Assembly: GCF_964355755.1 (NCBI RefSeq)
Contig: NC_092676.1
Coordinates: forward strand, 13,658,871-13,722,870
Length of the DNA stretch: 64,000 nt
Direction of reading: 5' to 3'
Source: Antedon mediterranea
Lineage: Eukaryota > Animalia > Echinodermata
The notes beneath the pieces were generated by a model. That model searched no databases, was not told the DNA's origin, and saw only the letters and a program-made list of their open reading frames with translations. The translations under genes and the position numbers were made by a program. Positions 26,452-38,848 of this stretch are shown here, one piece after another (positions within the stretch are counted from its first letter, which is position 1; every line of letters begins with the position of its first letter).

Positions 26452-27570
26452 TGGTTGGTGGTGCAAGCCCTAGCGAAATGGTTGTCACCTCCACACTTTG
26501 TAACAATGCCTACAATCATCTCCCTTACCGTCCTGCTTGCAACTGTTACATCCTCTTCCTCTTGACTTCCGTCTACCTTTGTTTGTGTGTTGTACAACTC
26601 CCTGTAAAGCGGAAACACTTGCCTGTAGTGTCTTCAAACCTTCTACCAGCATCTTGATTTCATCACTGGGTGAAGATGTGGTAACGGTTGCACTGGCAAC
26701 CTTTACAGTATTTGATGTACATTGTTTCTGTTTCCGTTTATCTTCGAGGTTTTCCACTCTGGCTAGTCTCTCAAGGAGGTCTTCATCTGAGATATTGGGT
26801 TCCTGAAGGTGCTCTCTCATCTCAATGCGCAAGTTTCCTCTAAGACCTGTCTGCAGTGTTTGGAGGAACGTGCTTCTCAACAATTGATCATCATACATCA
26901 GTGGTGCCCCTTCCTCATTGGATGAAAACCTCACCTTTTGACGGAGATTCATAGCTCTGACAACGAACTCTTGGGCCGATTCACCTGGCTGTTGGTAAGC
27001 GGCAGATAGTTGTTGGTAAGAGTCCAATGCATCTCCTTCCTTAAAATGGGACCGTAGGACTCGTCTGAGTTGAGCTAGGCTCATTTCTGGTCGACTTTCT
27101 AGATAGCCTCGGAGTGGAGTTCCACTTGTTACAGCCATAGTTACAGCATTTAAAATGGCGCTACGGTTGTAACCACGGGTGAGACTGTCTTCTATCTGTC
27201 TCATCACGCTTAAATAGGATAGTTTGTCAGTTTGTCCAGTAGACCCAATCTGTCCCTTTATCTTTAATTCTCTTTTAAACATCTCAATAGATGACGGCAA
27301 TGCTGGTGTGGTTTCGGTTGAGCTTGTTGGGGATGTTCTAAACTCTTCCATTTTTGTTCTTACCACCAACAGGACGCTCTCACCTCCATCCTCAAGCGCC
27401 TCTACCTCCTCGCTCTCGAGGTACCTTAGAATATGTTTTAACACTGCCCGGATTGGCTTGTCTGCAATTCCTGCATCCTGTTTGATTGCCCCAGCCACCT
27501 CTTTTAGCTGAGGAAGGGTTAGCTTATACAAGCAATCCTTCACTTCTCTCTCCAGTGTCTGGAGGTCCAT
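26412..27570 (-). CDS. gag: Gag (capsid plus CCHC zinc knuckle; one-base frameshift near 26498-26500)
   Basis: 361-aa ORF with QQPGESAQEFVVR; knuckle CYK|CGGDNHFARAC is split across two frames. Confidence 0.88.
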
Positions 27571-27592
27571 GTTTATCTTTCTGTCATAATAG

Positions 27593-27609
27593 TCCTGGCA
27601 TGATCGCCA
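27593..27609 (-). promoter_or_regulatory. Primer binding site, tRNA-Arg-like
   Basis: TGGCGATCATGCCAGGA, 2 nt after the 5' LTR; resembles the complement of invertebrate tRNA-Arg(ACG) 3' ends. Confidence 0.8.
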
Positions 27610-27611
27610 GA

Positions 27612-28625
27612 TTTTACGGTTCAGGATATTCGACTGCGAAAGAATTACATAGACCTCAGTTAGAAGTTGTTAACTCTGGATCGAGCACTTTAATAATCTT
27701 AACACACTACAATCATAATGACGAGTGTTAACACATGAAACAATTTAACTAATACATCAATCTAGCTATTGGTCCTTTACCCAACATTATGTTTAATAAC
27801 TAACTAAATAATCTCTACATAAACTCGTTAATTATTGATTGAATTATCTGACTGAATTAAACCAAAAACATGATACATTAATTTAAGGTCATCTTATCAG
27901 TGTATACAACTCTACACTAGCATATGTGATTTCTAAATAAGGAAACCAGTATAGTTATAAAACCCAATTCTAAATTGGTACCCTGGGTGTAGTTATCAGT
28001 GCAACAATGACTCACTACCTTGGTTACCATAGTAACGGCCAGTTCCACTAGCAGAGCCTTACATACCACAGCAATTAATGGCAAGGTCATTAACCTTATA
28101 CATTGTATATACTCTTTTTGTTAACAGGGCCTCTAATAGCTATTGAGCCTAATAATTCGTTACATTATATTGACATAAAATGAAAGTATAAACATTTAGC
28201 TATTATCTCTATCCTGTACTAAATACATAACTTAATCATCTAGCATTAACCTTAAAATATAATGATTGTTTTCTAAAATGAACAACAATCATCTGATCAC
28301 AGTATTCGCTCTGTTTATCCTCTCAGTTTCTTACTTAATAATTTCAATCTGGGTACAGGAGAAATAACTCAGTATCCTTATGAAACATAACATAACAAAT
28401 TGTCATAATTATAATATATATAAGTTAAAAAGAATATAAAATATCATAAACTTACCTGCGAAAGAATTACATAGACCTCAGTTAGAAGTTGTTAACTCTG
28501 GATCGAGCACTTTAATAATGATGAGCTCAATGCCAGAGGCAACAACCTCAAACTGGTCATGTGACTTTCCACAGGTCATTGGATCTTGAAATTTAATAGG
28601 GGCCTACTTTTCTGTGCAGGTAACA
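27612..28625 (-). repeat. 5' LTR
   Basis: 1014 bp; I spotted only two substitutions relative to the 3' LTR. Confidence 0.95.
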
Positions 28626-29210
28626 ATATTATGTATAGTTAAATTCATAGGTCGATATTATTTTATTATTATAAGGAAATCTGTTTTAGAATGAGAAAAA
28701 ACCGTCCTAACCTAGATTTGAACCCAGCTATCTATAAAGCTATAAAGCTATTGGTATGAGTTGACCAATTATTTGGGTACGAGTTAGCCAAGTTTGGTAT
28801 GAGTTGACATGGGTACGTTACGGGTTGACCAGCACCCTAGAATACGGATAAAGATCAACCCGTACCCCCATGCCGACTCGTTCCCATCCCATGGTAGAAT
28901 ACTACTTACATGTTAGTTTAGCCTAGCTGGGCTAACCTACCTCACCTCTCACATGCCCTCCTGAAAAAACGCGACCGAAATTACTGGAACCCTAGCCTAG
29001 CCTACTAGACCTAGATAGTAGTGATCCGTAGTACCATGGAACTATAATAAATGGTAGACGTACTAGTACTGTGTAGTATATGTTAACATGTCTGGCTCTA
29101 CGAGGCCTTTTTATGCTCATAGGATGGCTTTTTTGGGCGTCCCAATGTAGGCCTATGCCTATAACTAGGACAGATTTCCCATTCCTGCAGGCCTGTAGCC
29201 TATGCTCTAG

Positions 29211-30840
29211 TAGGGCGGCCGGGTGTACCCTGGTCGATTCACCCCTGATTCTAGCCCCCTCGTCGGGGAGCCTAGCCCCGCCCCCGTCGGGGAACACGGG
29301 TACTTTTTGTCGGGGAATATAATATACAGTAAAAAACGTTCGCGTTCACTTCATATAGCTTCAGCGCCTAGAAAACCACGACGTTCCATTGACCGTGAGA
29401 GTACGTCAGAGGGCTAAGACCGTGAGAGTACGTCAGAGGGCTATTATGCACTTTTATGCATTCATTATTGCCAGAGATCTAACTACTAAACAATAGCTAG
29501 TACGCACTTGTTTGGCGGTATCCCTTTGTACGAATCGTTCACCATTGGGTCGAGACGCGTGATATCATGTTCCATCCAGGGACCAAAATGTGTAATGTAG
29601 TTATTTTCCCGGCGAATTTTACCGACGGTTACCGAAGGGAACACGGGTACTTTTTGTCGGGGAATATAATATACAGTAGAAAACGTTCGAGTTCACTTGG
29701 TAGCTTCAGCGCCTAGAAAACCGCGACGTTTCATTGACCGTGAGAGTACGTCAGAGTGATATTATGCACTTTATATGCATTCATTATTGCCAGCGATCTA
29801 ACTTACTACTACTAAACAATAGCTAGGTACGCACTTTTCTGGCGGTATCCCTTTGTACGAATCGTTCAACGTTGGGTCGAGACGCGTGATATCATGTTCC
29901 ATCCAGGGACCAAAATGTGTACTGTAGTTATTTTCCAGGCGAAGTTTACCGACGGTTACGTCGTGTACTGTGTCGACGTACGCCACACTACAGCAAAAAC
30001 GAATTATGTTAATTGTTCGTATGTTGACCAATTTTTTAATTTACAAGTAACCTTCTGTACCGTGGGGCACCTAAAATAAATATTTCATCCATTACTAAAC
30101 AAAAAAACATGCCATTTTCGCTTAGCCAACATCTTATTATAGCTAAGTTATTAAAGTTTCAATGTCCTGTATGTCATGAATTTCTCACTACTCGGAAGTC
30201 CAGATGGTACGCACGCATACACTTGGGAGGAATAAACTTATTTCCCCGACTGAAAAAGGTCTACGCTTGCGTTTTTTAAGTCTTTCTAGGCCTGATGTTT
30301 CCAAAGTATAAAATGCAATTATTTGAAGACCTGCAGCTCTAGTTTTAAACATTTTCTTAGCTCAGCCCCAACAATAAAGCTGGTCATATTTCGAAGTACA
30401 AGAAGTGCATTTTCCTGGACCTAACATCTCTATTTTTCAAACATTTCTTAGCTCATTCACAACCATGATAGGGACTTCTTATATATTTTGTTTCATGTTT
30501 TGAAGTATAATAAGTCCAATTTCCGGGACCTCCAACTCTATTTTTCTAAATTTTCTTTGAACTTTAATTTTTTAAATTGAAAAATATGGATTGAAACAGT
30601 CATCGCGCATCGTTTTTTTGCACGCAGCATTTTATTTATGCATTATAAAAAATGGAAAAAATGGCTACCCTAAATCTGATTAAAATGACCTCAAATGACG
30701 CTAGAACGCGTTGCTTCCGGGGGCTTCGCCCCCTGGACCCCACCGGGGGCCCTTGGCGCCCCCCAGCCTAGTGTTGCTCGCTTCGCCCCCTCGTCGGGAA
30801 ATGTAGCCCCCGCGTCGGGAAGATCCTGGCGCCACCACTG
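29211..30840. mobile_element. Probable non-autonomous DNA transposon (hAT-like end) with an internal ~340-bp tandem duplication
   Basis: GC-rich ends with CCCCCTCGTCGGG motifs, right end CCTGGCGCCACCACTG; ~29290-29635 repeated at ~29638-29960; left boundary uncertain. Confidence 0.45.
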
Positions 30841-33800
30841 CTCCAGTAGTCCATCCACCCCGCAGGGTGCCACTTAGTCTGCATACCAAGCTGAAAGAGA
30901 AACTTGACGATATGGAGAAGAGAGGTGTGATTAAGCGGACAGACAAACCAACAGATTGGGTCTACAGCCTAGTGATAGTGGAGAAACGAGACGGATCCTT
31001 GAGGTTGTGTTTGGATCCACGTGATTTGAACAAGGTAATTAGACGTGAACATCATAATAATACCGACCGGTAAGAACGTAGTGAGTCACCGGTCAGGTAA
31101 AACACTTTTCACTGTCTTTGACCAGAAAGATGCGTACTGGAACTTCTCTTACTGACGCTAGCGCAGATGTATGTACATTCAATACTCCCTTTGGACGATA
31201 CAGTTTTCTAAGAATGCCATTTGGTATCTGCAGTGCTAGTGAGGTGTTACAGAAACGAAACCAGCAAATATTTGGTCATATACCTACATACTGTACACAT
31301 AATATCTGATGATATATAGCTACAGGTAGTGAAGTAGAGCAAAATGCAACAATACAGAGTGTGATGGATACGGCTAGAGCGAACAATGCCAAATTCAATG
31401 GAAGCAAGCTCAAGTGTAAACAGTCTGAATTGGTGTTCATAGGAAACGTGGTGAAGTGCCGATGGACAGAAACCAAAAAAAAAAACAATATGTATATGGC
31501 CGAGCTGTTGAAGTTCACACTGACCATAAACCACTCGAAACAATCACACGTAAACCACTCCATAAAGCTAGTCCTAGAATACAACAAATGCTGCTCAAAT
31601 TGATAAAGTATGAACTTGATGTTAAGTATGTTCCTGAAAAGTACATGTACATAGCTGATGCTCTCAGCAGGGCATATCCCGATAAGGTTGATCGTGATGC
31701 CCAACCCCTTGAACAGTTGAAATATAGGGTGCATAGTCTAGACGATATATTGCCCATGAGTAAAGCAAGAATTGAAGAAGCAATACGAGCTACACAGGCA
31801 GATGTGATACTCCAAACTCTAATCCTAACATGCAAAAACGGGTGGCCTAAACATAGATGGGGTGCACCGGAGCAAGTTAGGCAGTATTGGCATCTTCGTG
31901 ATAAGATACATGAAATTGATGGTCTTGTGTTTTTAAGTGAGAAGTTGATTGTTCCTAGCCGAATGAGAGCAGATATGCTGAATAAAATTCATGAAAGTCA
32001 CCTTGGGATGGAGAAGTGTAAGGCGAGGGCCAGGTCTATTATGTATTGGCCAGGTATGACCATGGATTAAAGAATAGAAGGATATGCATCAGTTTGAGAT
32101 CAAGGGTTCCATGACTCTAGCCGACAGAGCCCACAGTGTTACAGTTTAATTAACCGCATGGTAACAACGAAACGGTCGCGTGCCTAATATATTGTTTACT
32201 GCACATGTGCAGCGAGATTTAACCTTGTTGGCTACGCTTCTTTCGCGCGTTCTTTGGTGGCATGATGTTTGTAGATGCTATCATTGTAATTAGTATAGGT
32301 TTCTGCCGCGATTGATCTACGCTAATGTTTTTTTATGACCTGTAGTAGCCCTACATCTGAGACAATAACTCTTTGTTGTCTCATTTGTTGTAAAATTACA
32401 AAATCAGCAAGAATACTAGCCTAGGTCCAGGCCTTCTAGACTATGCTTACACTAGAAAACCCTCTGATTTGCCGACATTGATACTGCCTAGGTAGGCCTA
32501 GGATAATCTTAAGTGTAGTAGATACAAGGTGTAATCATGATCTATATACTCACCGTTGACTACTTCTTGTGTGAATAATAATATAGTAATAGACAAGGTA
32601 CTTCGTTTGTTCGTGATTAAGTTTGCCTTGCGTGTACTTTTCAAAACGACCGCTAGGTAACGTATCGCAACTATACATAACCAGCCAATCCCGGATCAGG
32701 GATCGCTGTTTTCATTCGAGTAGGCCCTGTGATTGGATGTGATGTGGATGTGGATCACCAGGAACTACAGTTTAAATATAATCACATCGATAATTAAGGA
32801 GATTTATGAAAAAAACACTGCTTAGCCATATATTAAAAACACGATTGTTGTATGTGTGGACACAGGACACGCTAACAACATACATGGGCAAATGCATACA
32901 TTAATATTCTATAGATGAATGCAATTTGTAACGACAGAAGATGGCAGGCTCATATGCTAATATCAAATATAAAAATTGCATATTTTATCAATATTACCAA
33001 CTACTTAAAATTAACAGTCGTAAGAAAGTGAACTTTTCGTAGTCCGATTGTGATGAAACTAAAACAGAATTGTTCAGCAATATATTGTCAATTAATCATC
33101 GACGCAGACATGTCAATAGAACATTCAGACTGCGCATACGATTTCTACACGGCTACGTTTTGTTCTTCAAAAATGTAGCAATTGATTCGCAGCGTTCTAC
33201 AGAGGGCCGCGGTTAGAGACACGGAGTTCAATGAGCGTGTTTGTTTGATTGGCAGCAGTGCTTTAGTATAGGCAAGCGCGTTGGAAAATCGTTTGATGTC
33301 ACCATCGATGCATATCCTTCTATTCTTTAATCCATGGTATGACCAACGTTATAGAATCAGCAGTATCAAGATGCCCTGTTTGTGTAAAGTGCATGCGTAG
33401 AAATCAACGGGAGCCGATGATTCCACATAAAGTTCCTATGAGGCCATGGGCGAAGCTGGACGCGTATATATTTACATTCGCTGGCAGAGATCATCTTATT
33501 GTAGTTGACTATTTTTCCAAATACCCTGAAGTAGTTACACTCACTAGAAAAACGGCAGGAGCGATCATCAAAATTGAAATCCATATTCTCAAGACATGGC
33601 ATTCCTGAAACATTAATGACTGATAACATGCCGTTCGCTAGCTACGAGTTCAAACAGTTTGCTAACCAGTGGGGGTTCGATTTAGTGACGTCCAGTCCGA
33701 CATATGCCAGAAGTAATGGGCAAGTTGAACGTTTCGTTCAAACCATTAAGCAACTCATGAGGAAGTCCGTTGAAGAGGGAAGTGATTTTCATCTTGCTCT

Positions 33801-33860
33801 ACTAGACTATCGTGATTCACCAATTGCAGGGTTGAATTGTTCTCCTAAACACTCAACAAC
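30841..33860 (+). pseudogene. pol: Decayed Gypsy (Mag-like) pol: RT, RNase H and integrase fragments
   Basis: PVVHPPRRVP, GSLRLCLDPRDLNK, FNTPFGRYSFLRMPFG, TDHKPL, IHESHLGMEKC, SNGQVERFVQTIK across several frames, with deletions. Confidence 0.9.
32061..33336. mobile_element. P-element-like non-autonomous transposon inserted in the integrase
   Basis: Perfect 30-bp TIR CATGGATTAAAGAATAGAAGGATATGCATC; 7-bp TSD GTATGAC; removal restores YWPGMTNVIE. Confidence 0.88.
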
Positions 33861-34330
33861 CGGATACTTTGCAGAAGGGTGTACCAACTTTGCAGAAGGT
33901 ACGAGAAGCACCACCCTTACGTAGAAGTGATCGTGATAGTCGTCCACCGGATCGATTGGATTATAAATAAATGTATCAATAATTAACTTCATTTTATGTT
34001 TATTTTGCAGATATCATGTTGACAAGTTTTATTTTTCAAACCCTCCAATAATAATGTATGAACATATTATGAATGTGATCTAAGAAGCTATATTGTGTCT
34101 AATAATAATGTATGAACATATGAATGTGATCTAATAATAATGTATGAACATATGAATGTGATCTAAGAAACAATTTGAAACATATGAATGTGATCTAAGA
34201 AACAATTTATGTTTAAAGAAAAGTATTATTATTTATTATGAGAAATGTGATATATTGTGTCTAATTTACTCTTGATAGTGATTTAAAAAAAAGAAAACTT
34301 TAGAAATTTATTTTGTTAGAAAAGGGAAGA

Positions 34331-34500
34331 TGTCACATATGTTCTGTTAATATGCTAATTATATTTGTTTGTTATTTGCTAATTATGCAAACTACGTTAC
34401 GCTCGGTGAATTAATAAAACGGTTGAATTAAAAGAACCGTGTTGACGAGTCACACTTGTAATAGTTCTCGGCTTTGGTTTTCGTATGGATCAAAACATCA
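34331..34500 (+). repeat. Probable short 3' LTR of the decayed Gypsy
   Basis: PPT AGAAAGGGAAGA directly before TGTCACA..., internal AATAAA, ends ...ACATCA; partner LTR absent. Confidence 0.6.
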
Positions 34501-36179
34501 CCTTGATTGCATAAGCAGCATTCAATCCCTGTTAACATTTTATACATTTTGTTTTTTGTTACCATTTTAATACTATATGGAAGTTTGTTTAACGTATATA
34601 GACAAATTTGTGTGTGTTTATAGTTACAAACTCTTTACCCTCTTCATCAATATTCAACTGTGTGTACGCATGTGATTAGTCAAGCTTTGAAAATACACAT
34701 TTCCCTGAAAGTTCAGAGTACAAATCATCAGCACTAGGTAAGCTGTATTCTTCATCTGTTAAATGTTGGTTTATGGTAACACTCTTATTGTCCCTAACAC
34801 AGTACTGTCGGTTTTAGGAAGATGCCCAATTTGAGTAGAGGGTAGGTAGCTGTATACAGTCAGTACAAAGGGAAATTATCAGTCAGTTGTGCAAATTACT
34901 GAAAAAACAAATTACTAGGAAGTATGAAACAATAGGTATTGTGTTTCGGATATATGAAAATAGAAATGTTATATAATTTGAATAAGTTAGGCCCTACATG
35001 AATCCATGTAGCGTCGGTATTTTTAAAAGGGGTAAAATAAGTATGCACCACGTGCAGTATGGGGTTAATTAAAATTAAATATTAAAGTTGTAAAAGGTGT
35101 CTTGATATAACTATACCGACATATAATTAAGAGATAGTCCGGACATTATAACAATGACAACAATAAAATAAAAGGATTATGAATGACTAGGATGAATAGG
35201 AAATCTAATTGTATGATCTCGGTGTTTGACATATTAAACTATACTGTTGACGTAATCAAAACTTTTCTACACAATTTAAAACTTTTAATTTAAAACCTAT
35301 TAAGTAAAACAAAAGAAGAGAAACGGAAATAAAGAAAATGGACGCTTTCTATGATATGTATGTGAGTGTATTGTGATGTATTATGGTTAGAACGGTTTGA
35401 ATGTAAAGAGAGATGCTATTGACATGCATAAATTATTTTGGGTGTATAAATATGTAAGGTTAATTTATAGTTAAATGCAGAGTGGAAACGTCCGACAAAA
35501 AAAATAAAAGCAAATCGTACGCTACTGACGTTACGCATACAATATTCTGTGTATAGGTTTTTAGTCAAAACAGACATTTCAGTAGATCTCTACCAGAATC
35601 ATGAATGACTATAAACCAACAGTTGATTTCTACGGTGGCTGATTTCCGCCAAAGAAAACAATTATTTTATAATACGGCATTATAACGCCCTAATTACGGC
35701 GTTATAACACCCTAATTACGGCGTTATAACGCCATAATTACGGCGTTATAACACCCTAATTATACAATCCGTTCACACGTACATGCGCATGCGTCGTACA
35801 TCTCTCTCACACACACAGCGTTACGTGTAGAGAGAAGAAACTCAGAAATTAAAAGTAAGTAGGGGTCAAATTGTATTATAAAATACATGTTTACCTTGGA
35901 CAATATAATTATTTGATTGAAAATATGCATTGTAAAATGTTACACTAGGCCTATGTGAAGTAGTGCAAGTGACGACAGATAGTGAATCAAAATGGGCTGG
36001 TAGGCTAGGCCTAATAATATTAATAATATTACTAATACTTTACTAGCTAGGCCTGTGGGGCCTATTCTATATAGTGGGCCGAAGGGGTTACGTGCGTGCG
36101 TGATGCGCTGCATGTTAATGTTTATGTTATCAACATTTATGCTTCCTGTTAGCGCTGGACTTAGCTTATATAATATAAT

Positions 36180-36583
36180 CAAAGAACTTATAACACAAGA
36201 ATCTCCTGTTCTTCAATTTGCATTCAAAACACAGTATCGGAAGTACAGGGTTAAACGGTCAAACTGGGCGACGCCATTTCACAGCATGGAGCAGCGCCCC
36301 CTCCAATTACTCTACCCCCTTCCCCCCCTAGAGCATTAGCAGATCCCCTCTATGATTTTGACTTTCTAATTTGATGCGGGCGCCCTACTCCTCAGTCAAT
36401 TACTCTATCCCCCCTAGAGCATTAGCAGATCCCCTCTATGATTTTGACTTTCTAATTTGATGCGGGCGCCCTACTCCATGGCTCACAATGGCGCCACCCA
36501 TAGCTCTATTCTATCCCACAATGCCTTTCGAAATTGTTACGCGCTTCGGACGAACAGGAGATTCTTGTGTTATAAGTTCTTTG
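36180..36583. mobile_element. P-like MITE family E, copy 1
   Basis: Perfect ~32-bp TIR CAAAGAACTTATAACACAAGAATCTCCTGTTC; 7-bp TSD ATATAAT. Confidence 0.9.
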
Positions 36584-36910
36584 ATATAATTATTAATCAC
36601 AATCAGCGCCATCACACTCGCACGCCCTCGTGTGTTGTTGCAGTGCGCCACCTTGCGCCCTATCGAGTGACATTGTTGTCGCCATGTGTTAGTTGGTTCT
36701 AGTAGTAGGCCTAGTGTCGATTGATTACTTTGGTTTATTTATTAAAAGTGTTCATATCTTCGTGAAGTTGATTAGTCTTTATTGCCGTGGTGGCAGCGCA
36801 TTACCCACTACCGCGAAATCGCTTCAATAAACAGAAGACAGAGACTTTTCATACCTTTACAAATCACTGAACATTTTTCCAATAGGGTTGGTGAAATCTG
36901 TCCATAATAG

Positions 36911-37340
36911 CAAAGAACTTATAACACAAGAATCTCCTGTTCTTCAATTTGCATTCAAAACACAGTATCGGAAGTACAGGGTTAAAAGGTCAAACTGGGC
37001 GACGCCATTTCACAGCATGGAGCAGCGCCCCCCCCCCCCCCCCCCAAACTAGGAAGTCAATTACTCTACCCCCACTAGAGTATTAGCAGATCCCCTCTAT
37101 GATTTTGACTTTCTAATTTGATGCGGGCGCCCTACTCCTCAGTCAATTACTCTATCCCCCCCCCCCCCCCCTAGAGCATTAGCAGATCCCCTCTATGATT
37201 TTGACTTTCTAATTTGATGCGGGCGCCCTACTCCATGGCTCACAATGGCGCCACCCATAGCTCTATTCTATCCCACAATGCCTTTCGAAATTGTTACGCG
37301 CTTCGGACGAACAGGAGATTCTTGTGTTATAAGTTCTTTG
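36911..37340. mobile_element. P-like MITE family E, copy 2
   Basis: Same TIR as copy 1; 7-bp TSD ATAATAG. Confidence 0.9.
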
Positions 37341-37418
37341 ATAATAGGTTACTTTTCTGTCCATAGGGGACTTTCTGTCCATAATAGGGACTAGAGGGCG
37401 CTGTTGTTTGTCCATAAT

Positions 37419-38222
37419 CAGAGCCATATATATAAAGAGTTACGACATTGAAGATTAGAAGCCATGTTTGTGTCAAAGAATTCGCACGCTGAGGGCGCGC
37501 GCGTCTTATTTGTATAGCGTTTTCCTGTAGTTCATGCTTTATTTTTAGATTTTTTTGTCTATGAAATAACGCTTATATTCCGTTTTTATTTTAGTAATTA
37601 ATTTTATTAATGGTATTAATTTTGTAACATATATATATATTGTGTCTATAATAACAAAAGAATAAATACTAGGGCCTACATGCAAGTCAGGATACATCAA
37701 AGCATGAACCAATACAAATTCACCCCTCTTTTTATACAGTATATGCTCTCCGTGTGTTTTTGACACAAACTTTCAGAGACTCGTTCATCATTTCATTTGT
37801 AATAATTTGCCTTTATTATTTTAATATTGTTCATACCTATTCAATATATTATCAAATATATCCACGACACTTTATTATTTTATTTAGTCATCAAAGCATG
37901 CATTATGAATTGAAAATATTACATAATTGTTATTAATGGGACGTAGTTATGGGATGTTTTGTTCCAAAATCAATCAATCGAACGTTATAATGTACTAGCG
38001 TACGCGCGCGCAATATTCTTTGGCGCAAGTGGTTCTGTACGCTGTGCACGTCGATATTCCACCGTGAAATGTGCAATTACATTTTTTTTGATATAAGAAA
38101 AACTTTAAAGTAATTTCTTGCTCCTATACTTTACATGTTAACGGAGACAAGTTTGACACAAATTGATCTGCATATCACGTGACTTAAATCCAATGTCGTA
38201 ACTCTTTATATATATGGCTCTG
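37419..38222. mobile_element. MITE family F, copy 1
   Basis: TIR CAGAGCCATATATATAAAGAGTTACGACATTG; 8-bp TSD TCCATAAT. Confidence 0.9.
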
Positions 38223-38230
38223 TCCATAAT

Positions 38231-38848
38231 CAGAGCCATATATATAAAGAATATTGCGCGCGCGTACGCTAGTACATTATAACGTTCGATTGATTGATTT
38301 TGGAACAAAACATCCCATAACTACGTCCCATTAATAACAATTATGTAATATTTTCAATTCATAATGCATGCTTTGATGACTAAATAAAATAATAAAGTGT
38401 CGTGGATATATTTGTTAATATATTGAATAGGTATGAACAACATTAAAAAAGGCAAATTATTACAAATGAAATGATGAACGAGTCTCTGAAATTTTGTGTC
38501 AAAAACACACAGAGAGCCATATACTGTATAAAAAGAGGGGTGAATTTGTGTGTTTTTTGTATTGGTTCATGCTTTGATGTATCCTGACTTGCATGTAGGC
38601 CCTAGCATTTATTTTTTTGTTATTATAGACACAATATATATATGTTACCAAATTAATACCATTAATAACTTTATTTACTAAAATAAAAACGGAATCTAAG
38701 CGTTATTTCATTGACAACAAAATCTAAAAATAATGCATGGAACTACAGGAAAACGCTATACAAAAGAGACGCGCGCGCCTTCAGCGTGCGAATTCTTTGA
38801 CACAAAAATGGCTTCTAATTTTCAATGTCGTAACTCTTTATGGCTCTG
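38231..38848. mobile_element. MITE family F, copy 2 (inverted, with deletions)
   Basis: CAGAGCCATA...TATGGCTCTG; body is the reverse complement of copy 1; flanked by TCCATAAT on both sides. Confidence 0.88.

Larger units (their letters stand above)
20226..28625 (-). mobile_element. Full-length Ty3/Gypsy LTR retrotransposon
   Basis: Two 1014-bp LTRs, 4-bp TSD ATAT, PBS, PPT, domain order gag-PR-RT-RH-INT. Confidence 0.97.
18048..28964 (-). repeat. Right arm of large inverted duplication, interrupted by the LTR retrotransposon
   Basis: Ends ...CCTCTCACATGCCCTCCTGA, the reverse complement of TCAGGAGGGCATGTGAGAGG at 11198. Confidence 0.88.

Noticed and set aside
22096-27511. Plus-strand ORFs overlapping gag/pol
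   Set aside because: Antisense shadows of the long coding frames.
32200-32560. THAP domain remnant inside the P-like element
   Set aside because: Only a few suggestive residues with stops; not supportable by eye.
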